Source: an uncultured Eubacteriales bacterium (lineage in GTDB: Bacteria > Bacillota > Peptococcia > Peptococcales > SKKY01). From it: a stretch of DNA of 64,000 nt. Location: contig CAZXPJ010000001.1 in assembly GCA_964642925.1 (NCBI GenBank), positions 93,608-157,607 of the forward strand, in the 5' to 3' direction. The position numbers were made by a program, and so were the translations under genes. Shown piece after piece: positions 9,462 through 20,844 of the stretch; position 1 is the stretch's first letter, and every line of letters begins with the position of its first letter. The notes under the pieces were generated by a model that was not told the origin of the DNA, searched no databases, and saw only the letters and a program-made list of their open reading frames with translations.

Positions 9462-10754
9462 CTAAATTTTCCTTACGACTATTCGATAGCCTTCTTTAAA
9501 AGTTATTACTACTCGTTCATTTCTATCTATAAAAGATCCATCTGTTACAACAGAAACTTGTAAACCATTATCTAGTAAGACTGTTCCTGCAGGCCTAAGG
9601 GTTGATACTGTAATACCTTCCTGTCCAATATAGGATTCTGAAATAATTTTTTCTTGTTCGATTTCTTCTCCCAGTCCATATCTAGGTAAAACTAATTTGT
9701 TCCATACTGTACTTCTTTTTAAAAATTTAAATGCTATCATTACCACTATAATTGACAGGACTATAGCTATAGTCAAGGAGGTTAATGCTATCTCCACACT
9801 AGGTGATACAAGAATTATGGAAAGTATAAATAAGGCCATCCCTGAAATACCAAATATTCCAAAACCTGGAACAAATGCTTCTATTGTCATTAGAATCAAG
9901 CCCGCTAAAAAAACAAGAATAACAATCCAGTTTGAAAAACCTGCAACAATGTTACCAAGGAAAAACAAACCTAAAGCAATCCCACCAAGTATGCCAAAAA
10001 AACCGAAACCTGCTGTAAAAACCTCTAATATTAAACCTGATATTCCTATGGTTAGAAGAATAGGGGCTATAAAAGGATTAGTTAACAATCTAGCTGCTCT
10101 TTCTCCTATTGTTAAGTTACTTTCTATTACTTGAGCATCCCCCAAGCCTAATTCAGAAAGAAATGCACTTTTAGATTGTACTACAAAATCTGTCATTCCT
10201 AAGTTCAGTGCTTCTTCACTTGAAAGAGATAATACCTTCCCTTTTTCTTTAACACCAAGAATTTCCATTTCTCTATCGGCAAAAGCTCTAGCAATTTCTG
10301 TATTTCTTCCATGAGTTTCTGCAGCTGAAGCTAATTCTTCTTTCCATACCGACATAGTTTTCTCATCAGCTATTTCATTTCCTATCCTAGGTTCAGCTGC
10401 CCCCATTGTTGAGCCTACTCTCATACCTATTTTCTCTGTGGAAAGGGCAATAAGACTACCTGCAGAAATAGCTTGACCATCTATATAGGTGTAGGTGGGC
10501 AATTGACTTCTAAGTATCGCATTTTTAATATTAATACTGGAATCTACACGACCACCAGGAGTATCCATAACAATAAGAATCCCAGTGTATTCCTCTTTTT
10601 CAGCTAATTCATAACTTCTACTTATATAGGCTGCAAGACCGGGTTCAATAGTCTTATCCACATTAATTTCTAGCAGCTTTTCAGCAGAAAAGCCAAAGCT
10701 GGTAAAAGCAGAAAATATGAATAATAATACCAGTAATTTACTTATCTTTTTCAT
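9462..10754 (-). CDS. nfeD: NfeD-family membrane-bound ClpP-class protease (YqeZ-like)
   Basis: 430 aa. Signal peptide, ClpP-like domain (MDTPGGRVDS, AISAGSLIA), central multi-TM block, C-terminal NfeD OB-fold. Paired with floA. Confidence 0.85.
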   Translation of the reverse strand: MKKISKLLVLLFIFSAFTSFGFSAEKLLEINVDKTIEPGLAAYISRSYELAEKEEYTGILIVMDTPGGRVDSSINIKNAILRSQLPTYTYIDGQAISAGSLIALSTEKIGMRVGSTMGAAEPRIGNEIADEKTMSVWKEELASAAETHGRNTEIARAFADREMEILGVKEKGKVLSLSSEEALNLGMTDFVVQSKSAFLSELGLGDAQVIESNLTIGERAARLLTNPFIAPILLTIGISGLILEVFTAGFGFFGILGGIALGLFFLGNIVAGFSNWIVILVFLAGLILMTIEAFVPGFGIFGISGMALFILSIILVSPSVEIALTSLTIAIVLSIIVVMIAFKFLKRSTVWNKLVLPRYGLGEEIEQEKIISESYIGQEGITVSTLRPAGTVLLDNGLQVSVVTDGSFIDRNERVVITFKEGYRIVVRKI

Positions 10755-10855
10755 TTCATCTTCCTTTCTTTTTTTCCTTATCTATATATTTTACCCTGTA
10801 AACATCGATTCAAAAAATATCTTTTGTTAAATTTATGTAACAAAAAAAAGATAGC

Positions 10856-11320
10856 TTATTCAGCTACCTTTTTTTCTATAAGTTCTTTCACTAAATTACC
10901 AACAATTTTCCCATCTGCTTTTCCCTTTATAAGAGGCATCAATTTAGCCATTACTTTTCCCTGGTCTTTGTAGGAAGAGGGGTTTACTTCTTTTATTACA
11001 TCAGCAATAATTAAATTCAGTTCCTCCTTAGAAAGCTGTTTGGGTAGATATTCCATGAGAATGTCTATTTCTAATTTTAGTTTTTCAACTTCTTCTGGTC
11101 TATCTGCTTTTTCATACTCACTTAAGGCGTCTCTTCTTTTTTTTAGTTCTTTAATAATAATATCTTCAACCTGCTCGTCAGTGAGAAGGCCTTTTTTTTC
11201 AATCTCTTCATTTTTGACAGCAGCAAGAGTCATTCTTATAACAGAAAGTCTAAACTTACCTTCTTCTCTGTCCCTCATTGCTTGCTTCATATCTTCCATG
11301 AGTCTTTCCTGTAGAGACAT
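10856..11320 (-). CDS. yqeY: GatB/YqeY domain protein
   Basis: 154 aa. Typical YqeY pattern (L..DMK.AMR, E..II..Y LP.QLS.EEL). Downstream of rpsU as in Bacillus. Confidence 0.85.
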   Translation of the reverse strand: MSLQERLMEDMKQAMRDREEGKFRLSVIRMTLAAVKNEEIEKKGLLTDEQVEDIIIKELKKRRDALSEYEKADRPEEVEKLKLEIDILMEYLPKQLSKEELNLIIADVIKEVNPSSYKDQGKVMAKLMPLIKGKADGKIVGNLVKELIEKKVAE

Positions 11321-11330
11321 CTAAATCACC

Positions 11331-11504
11331 TTATCTCTTCTTCTTTTTCCTAGCCGCCTCTTTTTCTTTGCGCTTCACACTAGGTTTGACATAATGCTCT
11401 CTCTTACGCCACTCTGATAATACTCCAGATTTTTGGCAGTTTCTTTTGAATCTTTTTAAAGCACTGTCAAGAGTTTCATTTTTTCCAACTACAACTTCAG
11501 ACAT
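11331..11504 (-). CDS. rpsU: 30S ribosomal protein S21
   Basis: Not in the ORF track. Manual translation: [69 protein letters not shown] upstream. Confidence 0.9.
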   Translation of the reverse strand: MSEVVVGKNETLDSALKRFKRNCQKSGVLSEWRKREHYVKPSVKRKEKEAARKKKKR

Positions 11505-11597
11505 AACTTTCCCTCCCCTCTAGTGCTAAAGGTACTTAAAGCATCTCTTATTATACAAAAGATTTTCAATTCTTACAAGTGTAGTAAAATTTGTTTT

Positions 11598-11939
11598 CTA
11601 ACCTGGAGGCCATTGTAAACTTCTTCCCCCTAGAATATGAAAATGAAGATGATTTACTGTCTGTCCGCCCTCTTCACCTACATTTGTAATTACCCTATAA
11701 CCCTTTTTTGATATGCCTTGCTCCATTGCTATCTTTTGTATAATTGAATATATACCTGATAAAATATCAAGATCTTCCTCTTTAACTTCATCTAAACTAG
11801 AGATATGCTTTTTGGGAATTAATAAAATATGGACAGGAGCCTCCGGATTAATATCTTTAAAGGCAAGAAAGTCCTTATCTTCAAAAAGAATAGTACTTGG
11901 AATCTTTTTCTCTGCAATACTACAGAATAAGCAATCCAT
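11598..11939 (-). CDS. hit: HIT-family (Hint-like) nucleotide phosphoramidase
   Basis: 113 aa with the histidine triad HLHFHILGG. Confidence 0.9.
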   Translation of the reverse strand: MDCLFCSIAEKKIPSTILFEDKDFLAFKDINPEAPVHILLIPKKHISSLDEVKEEDLDILSGIYSIIQKIAMEQGISKKGYRVITNVGEEGGQTVNHLHFHILGGRSLQWPPG

Positions 11940-11951
11940 AAATTCACCTCC

Positions 11952-13253
11952 TTATATTTTCTTACCAATTAGGAGTTCATCTTCTGCTTTTTCAATATAA
12001 ACTTGACAAAATTGGTTCTTTTCTCCCTGACCTTTTACACGGACTTTCAAGTAATTTGAAGTATGACCTTCCCAGAATTCTCCATGTTTTTGTTCTAAAA
12101 GAACTTCCATTTCTGTATTAACAAATTTTTCTAAGAATCTTTTTTTCATTTTCTTAGTTAAGGTAATTAAAGATCTACTTCTTATATTTTTGTCTTTAAG
12201 AATAACCTGTTCTGGGAATTTACTTGCGGGAGTGTTTTGTCTTGGTGAATATTTAAATACATGAATATCAGAAAATTGCATTTCCTCAGCAAATTTTAAT
12301 GTATTATGCCCATTAATCTCTTTCTCATAAGGGAAACCTACCATAATATCCGTTGTTATACCTATTTCTGGATTATAGCTTCTAATCATCTCAAGCTTTT
12401 TTCTAAAATATTCTGTATCATAGGGCCTATTCATTTTTTTTAGAATAAAGTCATCCCCACTTTGAAGAGGAATATGTAGATGATTACAGATCCTATCTTC
12501 TTCTGAGATTAATATGGCAATTTCTTCTGTAACCTCTGTAGGCTCTATAGAGCTGATCCTAATTCTCATTTTTTTTGTATTTTTAATAATCTCTTTTAAA
12601 ATCTTTTCAAAATCATATTCATATAGAAAGTCTTTACCATATGAACCTATGTGAATTCCTGTAAGTACTACTTCATGAAATCCTTTTTCTTCCAGATCCT
12701 GCAATTCTCTTATTACATCTTCTGGATTTTTACTGCGAATTGGTCCCCTGGTATAAGGAATAATACAATAACTACAGAACTGCTGACAGCCTTCTTGAAT
12801 TTTCAGAAAAGCTCTTGTCCTAGTTATATTTCTTTTTATTTGGATTTGTTCGAAGTTTCTTTCTTCCATTATATCATCAACATATACTCTTGGGACTCTA
12901 TCTTCAATAAATTTATTTAAATGATCCATTAAAAAAGCTCTTTGACTATTGCCTATAACTAGGTCTACCCCTAATTTTTTTAGAATATCTTCTGAGGAGG
13001 ATTGAGCATAACAGCCCATTACAATTACAATGCTATCTCTACTCTCTCCAAGGTCCCTAACTCTTCTAATAATTTGTCTAGATTTTTTATCCGCGGAAGA
13101 TGTTACGGTACAAGTATTAATAATATAAACATCAGCAATTTCCTCAAAATCAACAATTTCATAGCCATTGTCTTGAAGCATTCCTTCAACAGTCTCAGTG
13201 TCCGTCTGATTTACTTTGCATCCTAAAGTATATGTGGCTCCTCGTCTAAGCAT
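11952..13253 (-). CDS. mtaB: tRNA (N6-threonylcarbamoyladenosine-37) methylthiotransferase MtaB
   Basis: UPF0004 N-domain (TLGCKVNQ), radical SAM CQQFCSYC, TRAM C-domain. I prefer ATG 13253 (MLRRGATYTLGCK...), 2 nt after the rsmE stop, over the track start at 13289. Confidence 0.85.
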   Translation of the reverse strand: MLRRGATYTLGCKVNQTDTETVEGMLQDNGYEIVDFEEIADVYIINTCTVTSSADKKSRQIIRRVRDLGESRDSIVIVMGCYAQSSSEDILKKLGVDLVIGNSQRAFLMDHLNKFIEDRVPRVYVDDIMEERNFEQIQIKRNITRTRAFLKIQEGCQQFCSYCIIPYTRGPIRSKNPEDVIRELQDLEEKGFHEVVLTGIHIGSYGKDFLYEYDFEKILKEIIKNTKKMRIRISSIEPTEVTEEIAILISEEDRICNHLHIPLQSGDDFILKKMNRPYDTEYFRKKLEMIRSYNPEIGITTDIMVGFPYEKEINGHNTLKFAEEMQFSDIHVFKYSPRQNTPASKFPEQVILKDKNIRSRSLITLTKKMKKRFLEKFVNTEMEVLLEQKHGEFWEGHTSNYLKVRVKGQGEKNQFCQVYIEKAEDELLIGKKI

Positions 13254-13255
13254 TT

Positions 13256-13990
13256 CTACCCCAACTCTCCAAAATGGTACATTACACATGTTGTAGCAGC
13301 TAAGGCTGCCGTTTCTGTTCTAAGTATTTTATTTCCCAAGGAAACTGTTATAACTCCTTTTCCTTCTAAGTTCCTTACTTCTTGTTCGTCGAAGCCACCT
13401 TCAGGACCAATTATAAGAGTTAATTTATCTTCCTTAGTTTCTGATAATACATCTTTTAAATAAAGTTCATCCTCATCCTCCCAAAATAAAATATACTTGG
13501 TGTTTTCTTCAAGATTATTTCCAAAATCTTTTAGTTTTTCTATTTGGGATACCTGAGGAATTAAAGATGCATTACTTTGTTTTGCAGCCTCTGCTGCTAT
13601 TTTTTGCCATCTTTCCACTCTTTTTTCCCCTTTTATCTTGTCGTACTTTACAATTGTACGCCTTGTCTCCAGGGGAATTATTTTTTTTACACCTAATTCT
13701 GTAGCCTTTTGAATAATAAAGTCCATTTTTTCCCCTTTACATAGGCCTTGAACCAGAACTATTTCTTTATGACTTTTCTGTAAAGGAGATATATCCTCTA
13801 TTTTTAGAACCACTTGTCCCTTTTCAAAGTCAATTATTTTCGTTAAATACTCTTTGTCTATTTCATTTGAAACAAGAATTTTATCTCCGATTTTATGTCT
13901 CAAAGAATTCATAATATGATTAGATTCTTCAGAATTTACAAATATTTTCTCACCCTCAAGTTTATTAGAAGTTAAAAATATTTTCTTCAT
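13256..13990 (-). CDS. rsmE: 16S rRNA (uracil1498-N3)-methyltransferase RsmE
   Basis: 244 aa. PUA-like N-domain and SPOUT C-domain (IGPEGGF...LRTETAA). Confidence 0.9.
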   Translation of the reverse strand: MKKIFLTSNKLEGEKIFVNSEESNHIMNSLRHKIGDKILVSNEIDKEYLTKIIDFEKGQVVLKIEDISPLQKSHKEIVLVQGLCKGEKMDFIIQKATELGVKKIIPLETRRTIVKYDKIKGEKRVERWQKIAAEAAKQSNASLIPQVSQIEKLKDFGNNLEENTKYILFWEDEDELYLKDVLSETKEDKLTLIIGPEGGFDEQEVRNLEGKGVITVSLGNKILRTETAALAATTCVMYHFGELG

Positions 13991-14922
13991 TCTTCCGTCC
14001 TCTTTACAGCTAATGCATACCAGCCATCTTCTTCTCTATATTCTATAATTTTAAAATTATATTCTTTCAAGATGTTTTTAATCTCAGCAAAACGTTTTTC
14101 AATTATTCCAGATATAATAATAGTTCCTTCCCTCATTAAATGATTATCTAATTGGGGTATCAGTGAAATAATTACATCTGCTACTATATTAGCAATTATT
14201 AAATTTGCTTTTTCTTGAATACCATTTAAAAGATCATTTTGTTTTACCCTAATTATCTCTCCTAAGTTATTGTCTAGAACATTCTTCTCCGCAGATTTAA
14301 CAGCTACAGCATCAAAATCATAAGCGTTAACAAAGGAAGCCCCTAGCTTTCCTGCCTGGATACTAATAATCCCACTACCCGTTCCTACATCTATTACTTT
14401 ATCATTTTTTCTAAGATATTTTTCAGTAAGTTCCATGGCTAAACTTGTTGTTGCATGACTTCCGGTGCCAAAGGCCATTCCTGGGTCCAAATCAATAACT
14501 ATTTCTCCTGGTTTCTTATCATATTTTTCCCAACTTGGACGGACTACTGTTCTTTGACCAATTTTCAGTACCTTAAAATGAACCTTCCAAGAATTAGCCC
14601 AATCCTCTTCATCTACTGGCTTCTGATCTATTGCATACACAAAGTTAACCTTAGATGTTTTAAATTCCTCTAAGGTTAAATTAAGCTTGTCTAATCGTCC
14701 TTGTAGTTCATGGTTAACAGGGAAATATCCGGTTACACTATATTTTTTCCCTTCTTCTAGTTCAGAAAACTCCCAGGCATCCCATTTTCCGCTTAAAGCA
14801 TAGCTTTCTATAAGATCCGGGTCTTCAATAACTGCTCCCCCGGATCCTATTTCATTAAAAAGCTGAGCAACATCATCTAAATGTTCTTTATTTAGTAAAA
14901 CTTTTACAGCCAACCATTCCAT
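13987..14922 (-). CDS. prmA: Ribosomal protein L11 methyltransferase PrmA
   Basis: 311 aa. DPGMAFGTGSHATT and VIDVGTGSGI SAM motifs. Downstream of dnaJ. Confidence 0.9.
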   Translation of the reverse strand: MEWLAVKVLLNKEHLDDVAQLFNEIGSGGAVIEDPDLIESYALSGKWDAWEFSELEEGKKYSVTGYFPVNHELQGRLDKLNLTLEEFKTSKVNFVYAIDQKPVDEEDWANSWKVHFKVLKIGQRTVVRPSWEKYDKKPGEIVIDLDPGMAFGTGSHATTSLAMELTEKYLRKNDKVIDVGTGSGIISIQAGKLGASFVNAYDFDAVAVKSAEKNVLDNNLGEIIRVKQNDLLNGIQEKANLIIANIVADVIISLIPQLDNHLMREGTIIISGIIEKRFAEIKNILKEYNFKIIEYREEDGWYALAVKRTEE

Positions 14923-14952
14923 ATGTTCATCCTCAAATCTTTATCTTAATTT

Positions 14953-16077
14953 TTAGGAAAAAATATCCTTCACTTTACTAAAAAAAGATTTATTCTCATC
15001 CCTAGAAACAGTATGTTGTTCTTCGCTACAAGTTTTGCCAAAATCTTTTAGAAGTTCTTTCTGACTATCTGATAAATTTCTGGGAGTTACTACATTTACT
15101 TTCACATACTGATCCCCATTAGCAAAGGACCTAGGATTTTTAATTCCCTTTCCTTTTAATCTAAAAGTCGAACCCGTTTGAGTTCCCTCAGGAATTGTAA
15201 GTTCTACTTTCCCATGAAGAGTTGGGACTTCCACATTAGCTCCTAAAGTTGCTTGAATTATACTTATATTTTTTTCTAGATAAATATCATTTTCATTTCT
15301 TTGGAAATACTCATGAGGGTTAACTTCTATAAATATATATAGGTCTCCCTGAGGTCCCCCTCTTTCCCCAGGTTCTCCCTCGCCAGAAATTCTAATGCGA
15401 GTTCCTGTATCTACTCCTGCGGGAACATCAATTTTCTTTTTCTTAACTGCCCTTTTTCTGCCTTCTCCATTACAGATGGGACATTCTTCTTTAATTATCT
15501 TTCCTTGCCCACTACAAGTAGGGCAGGTGCGTACTGTTTGGAAATTACCGAAGGCTGTTTTTTGACTCATGGCTACTTGTCCAGAACCATGACATGTGGA
15601 GCAGGTCTCAGGTGATGTTCCTTTTTTAGCTCCAGAACCATGACATTCTAAACATTCATCCCAAAAAGGTATCTCTATAGTTTTTGTAACGCCAAAGGCT
15701 GCTTCTGTAAATTCAATTTCTAAATCGTATCTTAAATCAGAACCTCTTCTAGGGCCGTTGCTCCTAGCCTGAGAGAATCCTCCACCAAAAAACATATCAA
15801 AAATATCTTCAAAACCACCAAAGCCTGCCCCATGACTGGCAAAACTGTTGGGATCTAGGCCATCATGCCCATAAGTGTCATAAGTTTGTCTTTTTTCTTT
15901 ATCTGATAAAACTTCATAGGCTTCGTTTACTTCTTTGAAGTTTTTTTCTGCATCATGATCATCTGGGTTTACATCCGGGTGGTATTTTCTTGCAAGATTT
16001 CTGTATGCCTTTTTTAATTCAACATCAGTAGCATTTTTTCCAACACCCAGAACCTCATAATAGTCTCTCTTAGCCAC
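14953..16077 (-). CDS. dnaJ: Chaperone DnaJ
   Basis: J-domain with HPD, G/F region, four CxxCxGxG zinc motifs. I prefer GTG 16077 ([12 protein letters not shown]), with AGGAGG 6 nt upstream, over the track ATG 16083, which abuts the RBS. Confidence 0.95.
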   Translation of the reverse strand: MAKRDYYEVLGVGKNATDVELKKAYRNLARKYHPDVNPDDHDAEKNFKEVNEAYEVLSDKEKRQTYDTYGHDGLDPNSFASHGAGFGGFEDIFDMFFGGGFSQARSNGPRRGSDLRYDLEIEFTEAAFGVTKTIEIPFWDECLECHGSGAKKGTSPETCSTCHGSGQVAMSQKTAFGNFQTVRTCPTCSGQGKIIKEECPICNGEGRKRAVKKKKIDVPAGVDTGTRIRISGEGEPGERGGPQGDLYIFIEVNPHEYFQRNENDIYLEKNISIIQATLGANVEVPTLHGKVELTIPEGTQTGSTFRLKGKGIKNPRSFANGDQYVKVNVVTPRNLSDSQKELLKDFGKTCSEEQHTVSRDENKSFFSKVKDIFS

Positions 16078-16141
16078 AAACATCCTCCTAGCTATAATTT
16101 GTATATCACAATATTATAGTATCTTTTTTGTAATAGTTAAA

Positions 16142-16172
16142 GAAAAAATAAACAGGAGCATTGCTCCTGTTT
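16142..16172 (-). terminator. Intrinsic terminator between dnaK and dnaJ
   Basis: Minus strand: AACAGGAGCA/TGCTCCTGTT inverted repeat followed by TATTTTTTC. Confidence 0.7.
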
Positions 16173-16183
16173 ATTTTTATTAA

Positions 16184-18016
<1,833 letters not shown>

Positions 18017-18067
18017 TCATATTCCTCCTAATTTTATATTTTTATTTTTTTGTTTTAACTTAAAGAT

Positions 18068-18592
18068 CTAACTTTTTTGCACTTTAACTAAAGCTGGTCT
18101 GATTACTTTATCCCCAAACTTATAGCCTGTCCTCATAACTTCAATAACAGTACCTGCTTCAGCATCTAAGCTTTCTACCACCTCAGCTGCTTCATGGAAG
18201 TTAGGATCAAAAGCCTTTCCCTCTGCTTCAATTATTTCTAAACCAGCATTTTTTAAAACATAATTTAGCTGGTCTTGAATCATTTTAAAGCCCTTTAAAA
18301 AATTTTCCATGTCTGGATCTTTTGTCGTTACTTGGATTGCTCTTTCAAAGTTGTCGCAGACAGGAATTATTTCCCCTAATAAATTTTCATTAGCATAACG
18401 GGCGTAATCTGTCTTTTCCTTATAAGCTCTTTTCCTCAGGTTTTCCATGTCAGCCCTTAAACGAAGATTTTCTTTCTCTAGCTCTTTCTTTTCCTCCTCT
18501 AAAGAAAGCTCCTCAGTTTCCACATCAGCTATAGTTTCATTAGTTTCTTCATTATTTAATTCTTGATTTCCTTGATTCAAATCATCCTTCAT
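18068..18592 (-). CDS. grpE: Nucleotide exchange factor GrpE
   Basis: 174 aa. Coiled-coil N-part, FDPNFHEA and GYKFGDKVIRPA motifs. Confidence 0.95.
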   Translation of the reverse strand: MKDDLNQGNQELNNEETNETIADVETEELSLEEEKKELEKENLRLRADMENLRKRAYKEKTDYARYANENLLGEIIPVCDNFERAIQVTTKDPDMENFLKGFKMIQDQLNYVLKNAGLEIIEAEGKAFDPNFHEAAEVVESLDAEAGTVIEVMRTGYKFGDKVIRPALVKVQKS

Positions 18593-18605
18593 TTCTTCAC
18601 CACCA

Positions 18606-19634
18606 TTATTTTTTTTTCTCTAAAACTTCAGATATGAGCTCCAAAAGAGAAATGGAGTTTGAATAGTCCATTCTCTTTGGTCCAACAATTCCCATAATTC
18701 CTTGAAAATCTCCTTGGAAACTATATTTCCTTTTAATAAGACTACAGTCTTTAATTTCATCTGCTTCATTTTCCATACCAATAAGCACTTGAAAATCTTC
18801 AATTTGAGATTTTTTCAGCAACATATCTTCGATAATCTTCTTATCATCAAAAAAAGATAAGATACTTTTCACTTTATCAATATCCCTAAATTCCGGTTCA
18901 TTAAGCATTTGTATAAAACCGGCAGAATAAACTCTTTGATCTTTCTTCTGATTAAGACTATCTTCAATAGAGTCAAGAACAGCTGTAAGAACATCTTTTT
19001 GTTTTAATAATTCCCTATAGAGCTCCCTAATTAAAGTTTTACTCCATTCAGAAATTTTTGTACCTGATAATTTTGAATTTATAACATTAGTTATTAAATT
19101 AAGGTCACTTTCTTCAAAACCTTCAGGAAGATCAACAAAAATATTTTCCACTAAGTTATTCTCAGTAATAATAATTAAAAGAGCCTTGCTGGCATCCACC
19201 TTTAACATCCTAATCATGGACAGAGCTGAGCTCTCCGCTTCAGGTACTAAAAAGAGAGAAGGATATCTGGTTATCTTAGCAATTAGTTCCATAGATATCT
19301 TTATAGCATCATCAAACCTGTTAATCTTCCCTTTAAAAGAAGAAATTACCAATTTTTCTATAGCTTCATCCAGTTTGTTCTTTTGCATAATATAATCTAC
19401 ATAATATCTATAGCCTTGATCAGAAGGCATTCTTCCTGCAGAAGTATGAGGCTGTTCAATATATCCCATTTCTTCTAAATCAGCCATTTCATTACGAACA
19501 GTAGCTGGACTAATACTTAAGCCATATTTTTTGGAAATTGTCCTGGATCCTACAGGTTCTGCTGTAGAAGTATAATCTAAAACAATTGCTTCTAATATTT
19601 TTCTTTTTCTTTCATCTAAACTCATATTAATCAT
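18606..19634 (-). CDS. hrcA: Heat-inducible transcription repressor HrcA
   Basis: 342 aa. N-terminal wHTH (EPVGSRTISKKYGLSISPATVRNEMADLE). First gene of the hrcA-grpE-dnaK operon. Confidence 0.95.
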   Translation of the reverse strand: MINMSLDERKRKILEAIVLDYTSTAEPVGSRTISKKYGLSISPATVRNEMADLEEMGYIEQPHTSAGRMPSDQGYRYYVDYIMQKNKLDEAIEKLVISSFKGKINRFDDAIKISMELIAKITRYPSLFLVPEAESSALSMIRMLKVDASKALLIIITENNLVENIFVDLPEGFEESDLNLITNVINSKLSGTKISEWSKTLIRELYRELLKQKDVLTAVLDSIEDSLNQKKDQRVYSAGFIQMLNEPEFRDIDKVKSILSFFDDKKIIEDMLLKKSQIEDFQVLIGMENEADEIKDCSLIKRKYSFQGDFQGIMGIVGPKRMDYSNSISLLELISEVLEKKK

Positions 19635-19641
19635 CCTCTTG

Positions 19642-19668
19642 TTAGCACTCTAATCGATTGAGTGCTAA
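19642..19668. promoter_or_regulatory. CIRCE operator (HrcA binding site)
   Basis: TTAGCACTC-taatcgatt-GAGTGCTAA is a perfect match to the CIRCE consensus TTAGCACTC-N9-GAGTGCTAA. It lies 8 nt upstream of the hrcA start. Confidence 0.92.
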
Positions 19669-19713
19669 CGCCTATTAAAAAAATATAATATATTAGACCT
19701 TTTGTCAACCTTT

Positions 19714-20844
19714 TTAGACAAAATCTTCTAAAACAAGGTTGCTGATCAATCTACCCTTTAAAGTCAGATAAACCCTTTGCTCATCACATATTAGGTGCTT
19801 ATTTTCCTTCATTTTTGCTACTTGTTTACCGTAAATTTTCAAAAAAGATACATTAAATCTGTCATAAAAGTCCTGAAGTAGAAAACCTTCACTTTTTCTA
19901 AGATTCATAATTATATACTCACTTATTTGTTCTTTCTCTGTTATAGATTCTTTTAAAAAAGAATCTTCTGTAAAAATTTCATTATTAATATATTCCTTAT
20001 AATTCCCTTTAAACTCGCTTCTATAATCCCCATAAAATCCTATGGCAGCAAAACCTGCTCCTGTATAAGGAAGATAATTCCAATATTTTAAATTATGTTT
20101 TGAGAAACATCCCTCTTTAGCATAATTGGATATCTCGTAGTTAATATAGTTTTCTTTTTTGAGAATCTCTCTATTCCACAAGTAGATCTCCTCCCCTACA
20201 TTATCTGGAAAAAGCTCAATCTCATTTTTCAAAAGTCTTTGGTAAAGAGGAGTTCCTTCCTCTATCTTTAGCTGGTAAAGGGAGATATGTTCTGGAGATA
20301 GTTTTATAGCAGTTCTTAAACTTTCTTGCCAGGATCCTATAGTTTCATTAGGAATCCCATATATTAAATCAATATTAATATTCTTAAAGCCTGCTTCTCG
20401 AGCTTTTTGGAAAGCCTGAAAAACCTGTGTCCTATTATGACTTCTGCCTAAGAATTTCAAAATATCATTATTAAAACTCTGAACCCCCATGGAAAGACGA
20501 TTTACTCCATATTTATGCATAAGGATCAATTTATCTTTAATAATACTTTCCGGATTGCCTTCCATAGTAAATTCATAAGAAGGGATAAAAGAAAAATTTT
20601 CCTTTATATATGATAGGAGCTTTTCCAAAGAAGATAGAGAAAGAACACTGGGTGTTCCTCCTCCAATATATAATGTCTCTAAATGATTTAAACTATACTT
20701 TGTTTTTTTAAACTCTAGTTCCTTTATTAAAACATCCACATATTTATCATAGTCTTTTTCTCCAGAGGAAAAGCTGGTGAAATCACAATAATTACATTTT
20801 TGGCAACAAAAAGGAATATGAATATATAGTGATTTAATCATCAT
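19714..20844 (-). CDS. hemW: Radical SAM heme chaperone HemW (oxygen-independent coproporphyrinogen oxidase-like)
   Basis: 376 aa. [10 protein letters not shown] radical SAM cluster, HemN_C domain. Directly downstream of lepA, overlapping it by 11 nt. Confidence 0.85.
   Translation of the reverse strand: MMIKSLYIHIPFCCQKCNYCDFTSFSSGEKDYDKYVDVLIKELEFKKTKYSLNHLETLYIGGGTPSVLSLSSLEKLLSYIKENFSFIPSYEFTMEGNPESIIKDKLILMHKYGVNRLSMGVQSFNNDILKFLGRSHNRTQVFQAFQKAREAGFKNINIDLIYGIPNETIGSWQESLRTAIKLSPEHISLYQLKIEEGTPLYQRLLKNEIELFPDNVGEEIYLWNREILKKENYINYEISNYAKEGCFSKHNLKYWNYLPYTGAGFAAIGFYGDYRSEFKGNYKEYINNEIFTEDSFLKESITEKEQISEYIIMNLRKSEGFLLQDFYDRFNVSFLKIYGKQVAKMKENKHLICDEQRVYLTLKGRLISNLVLEDFV

Noticed and set aside
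9697-10134. 145-aa plus-strand ORF antisense to nfeD.
   Set aside because: It is a shadow ORF of the TM-rich part of nfeD, with a proline/lysine/isoleucine-rich nonsense-like sequence and no RBS.
18620-18802. 60-aa same-strand ORF nested in the 3' end of hrcA in another frame. The same situation occurs at 35171-35365, inside the metallophosphoesterase gene.
   Set aside because: These are out-of-frame overlaps within strongly supported genes, with no RBS and no recognisable family.
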